DNA of 63,658 nucleotides from a virus (Duplodnaviria; Heunggongvirae; Uroviricota; Caudoviricetes): IMG/VR virus record IMGVR_UViG_3300031088_000776; one strand, 5' to 3'. Shown piece by piece: positions 45,334 to 55,845 of this stretch (position 1 is its first letter; each line of letters starts with the position of its first letter). The notes under the pieces were generated by a model. It saw only the letters and a program-made list of their open reading frames with translations, ran no database searches and was not told where the DNA came from. The position numbers and the translations under genes were made by a program.

Positions 45334-46425
45334 TTATCCGTCCACCTTCAAGCTCGCATTATCAATGAGAACTTTATATTTTGAATCTTTTTTATTGTCA
45401 CCAGTGTTAGCCACTAAGGTTAACGTGAGCTTACCATTCTTTTCTAACTGCGACTCATCTTTTGTCCAAGTGGTAAACTTAACATCAGCTGAATATTTTA
45501 CAGTGTAGTTTTCTTCATCATCATTATAAGCGAAGTCGGCAGTACTATTAGTCACTTCGCCAATCCATCGAGTTCCGCCGGAGAGAAGTTCTTTACCTTT
45601 TCCATAATCATTCTTATCCCAATCAGCATAAACTGGAATATATTCAGAATAATCTTTATCAACATTAGAACTTAAGAAGTTACTTGTAAACATGTCTTCA
45701 ATTAAGTCAGTGTTAAAGGCCTTATTAGCATTCGAATATGAGTATTGGTATTCTCCCCAGGATCCGAATGTTGGGTTGAGGAGTCTTTCAGTCATTTCAG
45801 CGACTGAGTAGCTAAAGTCTTCTGCCGTCCAGAAGCTATACATAGAGTTAAGTTCTCCGTCAACTTCCTTCTTTGATTCGTCTGAAGTGAAACCTGCCGC
45901 TTCAAGAGGTAGAATAGAGCTTGCACTTTCAAGAGTTGATCCCGCAACCTTTGCATTAATTAATTCTCGAAGTTTTCCCTCGTCTTTTTGTGATGCATAT
46001 GAAGATGTCTGCCATTCTTCAGTTTTTATAGGGTAAAGCTTACCTTCTTCGAAGATGAAGTCTTCATTCTCTTTAATAAGATTTTTATCAACATCTTCAA
46101 CTTTATTGTCTTCTTCAACCTCTTCTTTGTTTTCCCCATTGTCATTCTGTCCTTGGTAAATACCATCATTTCCAGAATTATTAGGGTCAAAATCACTGTT
46201 AGCGCTGAAAGGGTTAAAAAGTAATAGTCCGGCGACGACAGCAGCAGCTAACACGCCACCTGAGGAGATTAGAGCTATTTTCTTATTTTTCTCTCTCTTA
46301 GCGTCTTTCTTGAGAGCTGCGCCTTCGTTTGCATTGTCCTCAGCATCTTGAGCGATTAGTTTTTCTAATGAGATTTCTTCTTCATCATTCGAGAAGAAAT
46401 TAGAATTCTCGTTTTCGTTACTCAT
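45334..46425 (-). CDS. Single-TM acidic exported protein
   Basis: TM IALISSGGVLAAAVVAGLLLF; its start abuts the stop of the 46582 gene region and it overlaps the next gene's start region. Confidence 0.7.
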   Translation of the reverse strand: MSNENENSNFFSNDEEEISLEKLIAQDAEDNANEGAALKKDAKREKNKKIALISSGGVLAAAVVAGLLLFNPFSANSDFDPNNSGNDGIYQGQNDNGENKEEVEEDNKVEDVDKNLIKENEDFIFEEGKLYPIKTEEWQTSSYASQKDEGKLRELINAKVAGSTLESASSILPLEAAGFTSDESKKEVDGELNSMYSFWTAEDFSYSVAEMTERLLNPTFGSWGEYQYSYSNANKAFNTDLIEDMFTSNFLSSNVDKDYSEYIPVYADWDKNDYGKGKELLSGGTRWIGEVTNSTADFAYNDDEENYTVKYSADVKFTTWTKDESQLEKNGKLTLTLVANTGDNKKDSKYKVLIDNASLKVDG

Positions 46426-46531
46426 CTTCTATATGTCTCCAGTCTAATACTTGAATATCTTACAGTTAATATCAAAATTAACTTAATCCTAATAGAAAAT
46501 AAGATCTACTTCATAAACTCTAATAATTCTG

Positions 46532-46575
46532 AAAAGTATAGCCACCTAGAACTTAATCCAAGTGGCTATACTTTT
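46532..46575 (-). terminator. Terminator hairpin
   Basis: AAAAGTATAGCCAC...GTGGCTATACTTTT. Confidence 0.75.
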
Positions 46576-46581
46576 AATTTT

Positions 46582-47139
46582 TTAGATTGCCAAAGAATAG
46601 AAAATTACTGAAAACACTGCAGCGACTCCAATTGGAGTAGTATAAATAGCATTGATCATTTTCTTAAATTCAGGGTACGCCTTTTTATTCAAGATATTTT
46701 CAGCATCATCAAATTTATCTTTACTTATCATGAACTTTTTAGTAGCTCTACGTTGCTTACCGAAGTAAATAATAGCAACCATGATAATTGATGCGGCAAT
46801 ATAAATAACACTTTCGATCCAACCTAAATACCAAGGGTAAATACTTACCCCAACTAATATTGCCTCATAGTGAGATGAGGTTTTAAGTTCTCCTAAGAGT
46901 CCAGCTAGAACAAAAACAACACCAATACCAGCGATAGCTGCTCCTATCTGCCACAGAATTGAAATATTTTCAATAAAGAAATAATGCACTACAATATTTG
47001 AAATTACTAATAGAAGATATAAAGGCATGAACTTTCGTAAAGTTAAAGGAAGAACCCTAACTAATAGAAGGCCAAGTATAAGAATGCCCATGCTTGAGAC
47101 AAAGGTCTCTGTAAGAAGATTTCCGTTAATTGGAATCAC
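46582..47139 (-). CDS. Multi-TM membrane protein, possibly degenerate prepilin-peptidase-like
   Basis: About 5 TM segments with an A24-like layout, but no catalytic Asp motifs seen. Confidence 0.4.
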   Translation of the reverse strand: MIPINGNLLTETFVSSMGILILGLLLVRVLPLTLRKFMPLYLLLVISNIVVHYFFIENISILWQIGAAIAGIGVVFVLAGLLGELKTSSHYEAILVGVSIYPWYLGWIESVIYIAASIIMVAIIYFGKQRRATKKFMISKDKFDDAENILNKKAYPEFKKMINAIYTTPIGVAAVFSVIFYSLAI

Positions 47140-47141
47140 GT

Positions 47142-48416
47142 TTATTTACCGCTTTCTTTCTCTTCCCAGGTATTTGAAATTATATCAGATAGGAAGTCCG
47201 TATTGCTATGTTCGCTTTTATATAGCTCGTTCATTTTACTAGAGTTATCTGAGTCGAAGGAAAATGAGCCTTCATCATCCTTTTCATCAAAATCAATTGG
47301 AGTGGAATTAAACAGATCTTGAACTGGGTCCGAATTAATTGCAGCGAAAGCATTATTAGAGTCAGATTCATTATAGAAATCTTCATAAGCATCTGATTCA
47401 TCATTTGAGCGTATCGATTCATTCAAGTCAACTTCAGGTAAATCTGAATCTTCATCATCTAAAGCAATAGACTCTAGACCCTGACCGAATGTTTCAGCAA
47501 ATGAAGGGATATTATTTGCTGAATTATCAACATCCCACTCTGAATCATCAACCTCTACCTCAGTGTAATCACTTACTTTTTCCATCGTAGCGTCAGCTTG
47601 CTCTTCAAAATAAGCGATCCTGTTACGAAGCCCATAAATCTCTTCATTAAGATCTTCTACTCTGCGGTTAGCTAGCGAAAGCTTATCCTGAAGAGCGTGG
47701 AATTCATTCTGTTTTTCTTCCGAAAGTTCTTCATCAAAACTGTTATTCTCAAGTAATTCTTTAAGTCTTCTATTCTCAAGCTTTAACTCAATGTTCTCAT
47801 TAATAACGTTATCGTCGCTATCACTAGGCATAATGTTAATGCCCTGAGAGAGTTCAGAGTCAAATTTAACATTGTTTAAGTCAACTTCAAGTCTATCGAT
47901 AGTAGTAGCAAGTTTCGCAACATCACTATTTCTAGTTTTAAGTAGAGTAACATAATGCTTTGTGGTAGTAATAACTTGCTCTAGAAAAGCGTTAACTTGA
48001 CCAATGTCATATCCCTTAGGAACCTGTAGATCGAATTTAACCTGATCTAAATCTTCAGGCATAAGAACATTAGGCGGTATTTTGAAAGTTTCAAGAATAT
48101 TCAGAACTTCAAGAACATCTTTCACCTCTTGAGGGTTCTCGTCTTTTTTAGACTTCTTAGGCGCAACTTTTTCTTCTTTTACTTTTTCAACTTTTGGTTT
48201 ATCAGTCTTAACGATTGAGGTCAACTTTGATTTAATGTCAACTACAGGCTTCTCCACCTTAGGCTTTGGTTTTGGTTTTGGCTTCTGCTCGACTTCGGGT
48301 TCATCAAAGATTTCATCATCAACTTCATAATCAATCTTTCTAACAGTTTCTTCGCTCACTGAATTATATAACCCGGATAGCTTGTTTTTAGCTTTATCAA
48401 GGAATCCCATGCTCAC
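47142..48416 (-). CDS. DivIVA-domain coiled-coil protein
   Basis: KFDLQVPKGYDIGQVNAFLEQV matches the DivIVA F...GYDxxxVxxFL motif, followed by a long coiled coil and acidic tail. Confidence 0.7.
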   Translation of the reverse strand: MSMGFLDKAKNKLSGLYNSVSEETVRKIDYEVDDEIFDEPEVEQKPKPKPKPKVEKPVVDIKSKLTSIVKTDKPKVEKVKEEKVAPKKSKKDENPQEVKDVLEVLNILETFKIPPNVLMPEDLDQVKFDLQVPKGYDIGQVNAFLEQVITTTKHYVTLLKTRNSDVAKLATTIDRLEVDLNNVKFDSELSQGINIMPSDSDDNVINENIELKLENRRLKELLENNSFDEELSEEKQNEFHALQDKLSLANRRVEDLNEEIYGLRNRIAYFEEQADATMEKVSDYTEVEVDDSEWDVDNSANNIPSFAETFGQGLESIALDDEDSDLPEVDLNESIRSNDESDAYEDFYNESDSNNAFAAINSDPVQDLFNSTPIDFDEKDDEGSFSFDSDNSSKMNELYKSEHSNTDFLSDIISNTWEEKESGK

Positions 48417-48500
48417 GTCCTATCGTAGACAGTTTGGCCATACTGTCAGTTTTGTTTAAAGTTTTACAGAAATATCAGAAAGATTCATATTACTACATAT

Positions 48501-48797
48501 TTAGTCTCTCGCGAACATTACTGCAATGTCTGCAATCTCAGTCACCACAGGTTCTTGAAAAAGATTCTCATAATAATAAACCCAAGCCTCAGCATACAAC
48601 ATCCTTAAGCCCACATAGTCTTGGCTATCCCAAGCATTCTTTACTCTATCGCTAGTCGCAAAGGCCCTTAACTCTATTGGAGAGAAATAATCAACAAACC
48701 CTTTCTTGAGAACCACCTGCTTATGAAAAGCAATGATTAACTCTAGACTCTTCATCTCTTCAAAAACTTCATAATCAGAATTATTTAATTCCTTCAT
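48501..48797 (-). CDS. Small protein resembling the C-terminal domain of 48816..51803
   Basis: AWDSQDYVGLRMLYAEAWVYYYE vs EAWRQQNYDWIRQAYTAAWAQWFVE. Confidence 0.6.
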   Translation of the reverse strand: MKELNNSDYEVFEEMKSLELIIAFHKQVVLKKGFVDYFSPIELRAFATSDRVKNAWDSQDYVGLRMLYAEAWVYYYENLFQEPVVTEIADIAVMFARD

Positions 48798-48815
48798 AAT
48801 AAAGACTACCTTTCT

Positions 48816-51803
48816 TTATTCCTTTGCGTTAGGATTGTTTTTCTCAGACTGTACACTCATGAGAAGCTCTTCAAGAGTTCCGTTAACCGCGTCGCCAGTT
48901 GTTTCAACAAACCATTGAGCCCAAGCTGCTGTATAAGCCTGTCGAATCCAATCGTAGTTCTGTTGCCTCCAAGCTTCTTCAAGAATTTCATGGTTGATTG
49001 ATTCATAGATTTCTTGAGGAACAACTGGTAATGCAGTATTATTCTTCTTGTATTTAGCAATGTCGAAGTTTACACCGTTCATAAGGGTCTTCAATTGCTC
49101 TGTATTACTAGTTGAATCAATAGGATTACCGTTGCGATCAACCTTCTTCGTAATTCTGTCAACAAGATTTCTGTTAATTTCATTAGTATATACAGTATGA
49201 TTAGCGTATCTTCTTGATCTTAATTCTTCTTGCTTTTCCTCGAGAATAGACTTTTTAGGGCTTGTTTTCTCGTCAGGTCTATCCATAGTAACTTCTACAG
49301 CTTCGGGGTCGACTCCATCAACAAGGCACTGGTAACAAATTAAGTCGCCATTAGCAGTTCGACCGCCGTGGAATACATTTGTACCTAACTGGTCCTCTTC
49401 AGTGCTAAGCTTCTTTCCGCAGCCTGAACATATCTCTTGACCACGGAAAATATCGTTAGCATCTCTAGTATTATGCGTAGTGTGCTGCTCATATGAAGTC
49501 ATTATATTTCTTAGATCTTTGCTCTTATATGAAGCATTTTCAAGCTCTTGCTTTCCAGCAGCCTTAATACCTTGTGAAATTGTTCCTCCGTAACGCTTAG
49601 AGTTGACTGCACCAGTAGTAAGATTCATCGACACTCTACCTGCAGTCTTAAAACCAGCAAGCGAATCTCCACTAAGCTTTTGAGCAGTTTGACCAAGATT
49701 TACTGAAGATAGGTTGAATGATCCTAAAGCGTCATAAAGCTTATGTCGGCTCTTGACAAGCGCGAAGGAAACAACAATCATAAGAAGAACGCCTTCCCAC
49801 CAATTTGTAGTCTCCATGTACTTCAAGATAGCAGCTGTAAGACCAATTGATATGGCTAGTAATCCACCCGCGATAATTCTCTTCACGGTAGTGTTAATTA
49901 CTAAACTTCCCCAACCTTTAAAGATTTCCCAACCTTTACCAGCCCAACAACCAATTAATAGCATGATTGGAGCAAAAGCCATAAGTATAGCAACTCCAAT
50001 AGAGTAGACTGCAGTTAAGAATGCAAAGATTAAAGGAGCAGCTACTCCAATAAGTGAAATGATTACTGAGGATAAAGCTGTCCAAATTCTGGAACCTGCT
50101 TTATTGCCTACCCAGTGATCCCACTCATTAAGTACAGCTTCTTCACTAGGTACCTTAAAAGTTACTTCAGTTGAGCTGTCTTTCTTTTTGCTACCATATT
50201 CACCATCGCCTATAGCAAAATACTTTGAATCAGCCTCACTATAGTTAGCAACTGCGTCTACAATTCTCCACCAGTCATTCGCAACACCGGAGGTATACTT
50301 CGATTTCTTGCCTTCATGGCCTAAAGGTGAGTGAACATTAGTTTGAACACTAATATTGAAGATAGCCCAGTTATTAATTACGCTACCATCTCCAAGAGGT
50401 ACCTCAGCATTTCCCACCATCGATCCATTAGAATTCTTTAGAGCTTTACCATTATCAGACCATCCTGGGATACTGATATTATCGCCCTTAGAGTTCTTAC
50501 CATTAGCCCAAGTCTTATCCCAATCCACACCCCATTGAGCTTGAGCCCAAGGCTTAACTAAGAAGTTAGACCATAATTGACACCCAACAGCTGAACGCAT
50601 ATTTTCAGAAGCCTGTTCAAGAATCCCTTCTGGCTTAGCATTAGGATTATTAACAAGTTTAGTCTTGAATTGGCCAATGTCAGTCGCGCAAAGCCCATTT
50701 CCGCCTGCAAGACCTGAGTTCATAGCGGTGATAATGAGTGATTGTGTAACTACAGCAATATTATTAGGTAGAGATATGAACATTGCTGGCTTAACAGAAA
50801 TAATTACAGCAATCAAGAATAGAACAATTGACCTAATGAATACGCTAAATGAAGACCTGTACTCTCGCTTTACTATACCCTTATAGAATATGTGCCCTCC
50901 AGTAAAAGCGAAGACTATAATAATAAGAGGCATAAAGATTCCACCAAAGAGAACCCCAAACAAACCAGTATTTTTGGATGTACCGTCACCTGACAGTATT
51001 TCAGTTATCCCCATTAAGTCTAGAATGTTAGTAAAGGAGAAGTTGATTAAGGCTATAGTAAAAACAATAATAGTTTTAGTTACTGTAAATATTCCATTAG
51101 AGATAACATTGTTAAAAGCTGAGCCAAATTGTGATCCAATACCTTTTCCAAACTGCATTGTTCGAATGTCTTCAGACTTTCCAATGTCATCCCAAGTAGA
51201 AAGAGGTTCTAGTCTATCATCGTAGAATACGCCTGCTTTGGGGTCTTGAGGTTCAGCATTAGAGTCGCACGCATCAATAGCAACATGCTTCCATTCTCCC
51301 GAGTAAGAGCTAAATTTTAGACCGGCAACACCAAATCGATCAAAAGGATTTACTTTAGCACCCTTATTGAAATTACCATCTTTCTCGCTCTCTGAAATAT
51401 CTTCCTTTTCTTCACTAGATGCATCAATCGTATCAAGAGAGTAACCTAAAATGCCTTCATTAACTTCTTTAAAACCAGGGCCAAAAAGGTCAAGAATCCA
51501 GTTTAACCCAGTTTCAACATTATCAACACCGCCAGTAATACTGCTCTTAGATCGGAGTGCGAATTGCATGTCCGTACTTTGAGTGTACTGATACATCATT
51601 CCAGGTATGGAGTCCTTACCAAAATAGCACATTCCCCACTGAGTCAAGTCAAAAGCTTGAGCAGTTTGAGCGGGCTTTTGCACGCTGGAAAAGGCTGTCA
51701 TGGAGCCAAATAATGCAGTAAAAATGAAAGATAATACTATAAGAAGAGAGACTGGTTTTCTATGCTTAACCTTTTCCCCTCCAGTGAGGTATGTTGAGTT
51801 CAA
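48816..51803 (-). CDS. VirB6/TrbL-like polytopic conjugation membrane protein, copy 2
   Basis: Multiple TM blocks around a large extracellular loop; CQLWSNFLVKPWAQAQWG; cytoplasmic CSGC...H...CYQC motif. Confidence 0.65.
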   Translation of the reverse strand: MNSTYLTGGEKVKHRKPVSLLIVLSFIFTALFGSMTAFSSVQKPAQTAQAFDLTQWGMCYFGKDSIPGMMYQYTQSTDMQFALRSKSSITGGVDNVETGLNWILDLFGPGFKEVNEGILGYSLDTIDASSEEKEDISESEKDGNFNKGAKVNPFDRFGVAGLKFSSYSGEWKHVAIDACDSNAEPQDPKAGVFYDDRLEPLSTWDDIGKSEDIRTMQFGKGIGSQFGSAFNNVISNGIFTVTKTIIVFTIALINFSFTNILDLMGITEILSGDGTSKNTGLFGVLFGGIFMPLIIIVFAFTGGHIFYKGIVKREYRSSFSVFIRSIVLFLIAVIISVKPAMFISLPNNIAVVTQSLIITAMNSGLAGGNGLCATDIGQFKTKLVNNPNAKPEGILEQASENMRSAVGCQLWSNFLVKPWAQAQWGVDWDKTWANGKNSKGDNISIPGWSDNGKALKNSNGSMVGNAEVPLGDGSVINNWAIFNISVQTNVHSPLGHEGKKSKYTSGVANDWWRIVDAVANYSEADSKYFAIGDGEYGSKKKDSSTEVTFKVPSEEAVLNEWDHWVGNKAGSRIWTALSSVIISLIGVAAPLIFAFLTAVYSIGVAILMAFAPIMLLIGCWAGKGWEIFKGWGSLVINTTVKRIIAGGLLAISIGLTAAILKYMETTNWWEGVLLMIVVSFALVKSRHKLYDALGSFNLSSVNLGQTAQKLSGDSLAGFKTAGRVSMNLTTGAVNSKRYGGTISQGIKAAGKQELENASYKSKDLRNIMTSYEQHTTHNTRDANDIFRGQEICSGCGKKLSTEEDQLGTNVFHGGRTANGDLICYQCLVDGVDPEAVEVTMDRPDEKTSPKKSILEEKQEELRSRRYANHTVYTNEINRNLVDRITKKVDRNGNPIDSTSNTEQLKTLMNGVNFDIAKYKKNNTALPVVPQEIYESINHEILEEAWRQQNYDWIRQAYTAAWAQWFVETTGDAVNGTLEELLMSVQSEKNNPNAKE

Positions 51804-54800
51804 TTAGACCTCACCTTTTCTGTTTTCAGCTTCTTCAATCTTTTTGTCAGCTTCCGAAATAAGTCGTTTCAATTCTTTATACATTTCACGCTTAGTCTTC
51901 GATTTATTAAAAGCAGCATTTTCTCGTTGAATAATCTTAGAGTAAAGCGCTTCAGCTTCTTCTTCAAGTTTCTCAATTTCTTCAGCATTTTCTTGTTCAA
52001 ACTCTTCCTCAAGCTCGCTTTCAGGACCATTCCAATCTTCACCTCGACGGATCTTGCGTAGACGCTCCTGGTCCAAAGCGATAGAGTTAATATCGTCATT
52101 TTCAGCTATCTCAGCTACTTTCTGACGTCTTTCAGTAACTCCAGCATCATCAGCCCTTAAGACATTGAGTCTCTCGTTGATTTTCTCAAGTCTTCGAATC
52201 TCACGCACAGTTGCTGCTGTATTAGAAGTTCGCAATTCAGTATACTTTGAAGGAGACGTAAACGGCTTCTTTGAGCCAGCATTTGTGCTGTCAAATGACC
52301 CTTCTCCATGAACAGCATCATGCTCATCACGAAGTTTCTCGTAAAGATTTTGCTGAACTCTAGCTGAGTAACCTTCATTAGTATTTTCTGAAACTTCAAC
52401 TTTTGCCTGGCGGTAAGCTTCATTATCTTTGAAGTCCTTAAAAGCTTCATCACGAGCAGCATTAGCTGCATAAACAGTTGACTGAAGCGCGCCATAACCT
52501 CTACGTCGCTGAAGGTTCAGAATACGGTCCTTCTCATATCTTGCAGATTTTTTAGCACTGCTCACAAGTCCATTACCTGAAAGGTAACCGCCAATAGCAC
52601 CAGAAACTACGCCACTTGTAATAACCGATCCTTGCTCCGCGTAATTTCTAACAGATTTAGGTAGTTTCTGCATCATGCTCTTTGGATTATTAGTAGCATT
52701 CTTAGCGTATTGTTGTCCAAAGCCACTATCAACTGAACTGTCAATCATATCCATAAAATTCTTTCGGAATTTCATAAATACTAAGCAAATTACAATAGTA
52801 ACCAGAGAGATAAGAATATATGAACCCTGTGTTGCATTTGCAGCACTAGTAACAAGCCTAAACATAACCGCTAACAATGTCACAAGCATAACGCGCTTAA
52901 TCATTAGCCCGATAATAGTACCAATATATCCTTTAAGTTTTCCTCGTCCTGCTGTAGGATGTAGACCTATTAAGAATGCAATAGGTAAGAATATAAGCAT
53001 AAATGATGTTACGAAAGTTATAGAAATCTTAAGTATAGAGAAGCTTGTAATAGTTACTAGACCTACAATACTAGTACCAGCGCCCAGCCATGCAGTTAAA
53101 CCGCGGCTAAAGGAGTTCTTCCCAGCCCATTGTTCAAGATATCTTCCATCGCTAGCTTTGCCATTATTTGGTCCAGCCTGCATATCTACAATACGATAGA
53201 AGTCTGTATCAACATAGCCTGACTTTGCAGAATTATCTTTAGTTGTAGAAGTACCTGAAGATGTAACATCAAGCTGGTATAGAGCCCAATTATAACTATT
53301 CTTCCCTCCGCCCATTGACACTTTAGCGTTTCCTACAAGATTCTCGTTAGTGTTATTCATATTTGAGTTATTAAGGTCAGAGAATCCTACACCCCATTGA
53401 CCATAAACCCAAGGGTTGAAAGCGAATATTCTCCAATTTTCACAAAGCATTGCTCTAGTGCCTTCAGATGAGGAGGTACTAATCTTATTCCCCTTCAAGT
53501 CCTCAACTGTTGGATCATTTGCAGTACCAGTAGCTGTACAAAGAATGTCACTTGAGTCATTACCGCTAGTAAAGATTAGACCGACAACTGCTTGCTCGAC
53601 TCTTGACGGAACTTCATCAACAGCTTTATAAACCATTTCTGGCTTATACATTAGTATAGCTCCGCTAACAAATGTAAGAGCTATAAGTAGAAGACTCATT
53701 GCTTGTCTTCCGTAGTCTCTATTCTTACCTGCTTTAATTAATACTGTAATACCAGAAATAGCAATGACAATTGTAGCAAGAGGGAAAAATAAACTATCCC
53801 TTAAAGCTTCGATAAGTGCTGTAACTCTTTCATCAAAACCTAGAGTTTCAAGAATAGGTGAGAATGATAAATTAAGCATTGTGTTAGAAATTCTAGTAAG
53901 AAGTATTGCAATAGAAAGACCTACACTAGCTAAAGCATTAAATACATCATCAAAAGGAGCTATAAAACTTAAGATCGATGTTTCGTAGATAGAATTTCTA
54001 GTATCGACTGGTGCAAAACTATTAGTTTCATCATAGCCACTTCCAAAGAATCCGTTTTGAATAGGCGCACGAACCTCTTTACAATCAGGATTGTGTTTCC
54101 CCAACTTATTAAATAGCATTACTTTACTTGATCCTGAGGTTGTCATGTCGTTACCTTTAGAATCCACGCATACAAATCTATTCCATGGGGCGTTAAAGTT
54201 ATTTGCTGGCTGAGACATCCATTTGGCTAGAGCCTTATCATCAACAGTTTTGTTTACCCACTCAGCGTTGTAGTCATACTGCATATCCTTTTTAGCAGTT
54301 TCAGCGGCCGGGCCCCATTCAGAAGCCCAGCATGAACGGATATTTGCTAATGCTGCTTTACGATTAGACTCATTAGTGTCAAGTTCACAATTCATCATGT
54401 ATTTATCGGCAGCTTTAAAGTAACTAGAGTTCTTCTTTTTCCATTGGGCTACAGTCTCTAGTTTTTGATTACCATCTTCAGACCAAGTATATTTTACGCT
54501 ATCAAAGAAGGTTAGAACCTTCGTAGGGTCTAACGCCTGTTTTTCGTCATGTGCAGCCTTACGAATATCATAAGCTTTCTGCGCTTGCTTTCTACAATCC
54601 GCTTCTGAAACCCCTGGAGGTGTGACTGAACTACCGTATTCTTTGTTCTTACTTGAAGCGTCCTTGAATACGCATTTAGATATTGCTTCTTTAGGGTTAG
54701 CAGGAAGAATTTGAGCAGCCGCTAAGTCTTCGGGCACAGTTGCGTCTTTAGGCCTAGACGATGAAACCATATTAACATAGCTTGATTGTATTTCCGCCTT

Positions 54801-55829
54801 TATTTCTTCTTGGCTTAACTCTCTAGCATTATATAAAGTTCTTCCAAAGTTTGGTCGATACCATCCATATGTATTAACAATATTTAAGTCAGAGGTATCA
54901 ACAACAGTATTCACTGCACCTGCAGCAAATCCTTCAAACAAGCCTGTAAAAGCACCGCCAATGGCGCCGACAACATTTCCTGTGCTTAAACTTTCAGCAG
55001 CATTATCTAATGAGGTGTCTAATGCTGATGTAACACCGTTAACAACGGTCTTTACTGATAACTTTAAATTATCCATCAAACCAAAGTTAGACATCGCTCT
55101 AGCTTCAGTCATTACCTTAATATGATCCCACTCACCTTTATACTGAGTATAATTGAGATTGTATCCATAAAGCTCAAGCGCAGTATATTTTACTGATCTT
55201 TCAGAAGGGTCTACAGGTACGCCACCTTTAGGTAAGTTTGAGGGAAGCCCAAACCATCTACTATCTAATGTAGCCTGTTCTTTTTCAGCACCTACAGCAC
55301 CTTGAAATGTGAAAACGCTTAAGAAGTCCTGTAGAAATTCTGTAGTAATATTTGGAATATCGCAGTTATGATAAGTTAAAGAACTAGTTCGCTTTGGATT
55401 ACAAACATAGCCTGATTTAGGCTTTCCTTTTCCAGAGGCACTTGAAACGTCATTAATATAGTGTGTTGTAAAAAGTCTATTTAAGACATAAGCGAAGCTA
55501 TTCTTATCATTTTGATTCTTGTCTACTGTAAACTTATCGAATGTTTTTTCAAATCCTTCAGAGGAACCTTCTGCACCATACTTTTCAGCAGCTTCACTAA
55601 TAATATCTTGAGGTTCTTCTTTAGCGAAAACTGTAGGTGAGTTAAGCACTAAAGAAGAGAATGTAGTAATTAAAAGAACAATGATAGCCAATGAAGCTGT
55701 AATTATAGCTCCAACAGAATTCCTTTTGCTGACTCTTGAGTTGCTTACGCTCTTTACTTTTGATTTAGTAAGATACTTAGCGCTATTAGTATCTTGTTTC
55801 TTAAACAACTTCATTCTTTTAAACCTCAA
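51804..55829 (-). CDS. VirB6/TrbL-like polytopic conjugation membrane protein, copy 1
   Basis: Same architecture; CENWRIFAFNPWVYGQWG; charged coiled-coil tail. Confidence 0.65.
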   Translation of the reverse strand: MRFKRMKLFKKQDTNSAKYLTKSKVKSVSNSRVSKRNSVGAIITASLAIIVLLITTFSSLVLNSPTVFAKEEPQDIISEAAEKYGAEGSSEGFEKTFDKFTVDKNQNDKNSFAYVLNRLFTTHYINDVSSASGKGKPKSGYVCNPKRTSSLTYHNCDIPNITTEFLQDFLSVFTFQGAVGAEKEQATLDSRWFGLPSNLPKGGVPVDPSERSVKYTALELYGYNLNYTQYKGEWDHIKVMTEARAMSNFGLMDNLKLSVKTVVNGVTSALDTSLDNAAESLSTGNVVGAIGGAFTGLFEGFAAGAVNTVVDTSDLNIVNTYGWYRPNFGRTLYNARELSQEEIKAEIQSSYVNMVSSSRPKDATVPEDLAAAQILPANPKEAISKCVFKDASSKNKEYGSSVTPPGVSEADCRKQAQKAYDIRKAAHDEKQALDPTKVLTFFDSVKYTWSEDGNQKLETVAQWKKKNSSYFKAADKYMMNCELDTNESNRKAALANIRSCWASEWGPAAETAKKDMQYDYNAEWVNKTVDDKALAKWMSQPANNFNAPWNRFVCVDSKGNDMTTSGSSKVMLFNKLGKHNPDCKEVRAPIQNGFFGSGYDETNSFAPVDTRNSIYETSILSFIAPFDDVFNALASVGLSIAILLTRISNTMLNLSFSPILETLGFDERVTALIEALRDSLFFPLATIVIAISGITVLIKAGKNRDYGRQAMSLLLIALTFVSGAILMYKPEMVYKAVDEVPSRVEQAVVGLIFTSGNDSSDILCTATGTANDPTVEDLKGNKISTSSSEGTRAMLCENWRIFAFNPWVYGQWGVGFSDLNNSNMNNTNENLVGNAKVSMGGGKNSYNWALYQLDVTSSGTSTTKDNSAKSGYVDTDFYRIVDMQAGPNNGKASDGRYLEQWAGKNSFSRGLTAWLGAGTSIVGLVTITSFSILKISITFVTSFMLIFLPIAFLIGLHPTAGRGKLKGYIGTIIGLMIKRVMLVTLLAVMFRLVTSAANATQGSYILISLVTIVICLVFMKFRKNFMDMIDSSVDSGFGQQYAKNATNNPKSMMQKLPKSVRNYAEQGSVITSGVVSGAIGGYLSGNGLVSSAKKSARYEKDRILNLQRRRGYGALQSTVYAANAARDEAFKDFKDNEAYRQAKVEVSENTNEGYSARVQQNLYEKLRDEHDAVHGEGSFDSTNAGSKKPFTSPSKYTELRTSNTAATVREIRRLEKINERLNVLRADDAGVTERRQKVAEIAENDDINSIALDQERLRKIRRGEDWNGPESELEEEFEQENAEEIEKLEEEAEALYSKIIQRENAAFNKSKTKREMYKELKRLISEADKKIEEAENRKGEV

Positions 55830-55845
55830 AATCTAAAGACTACTG

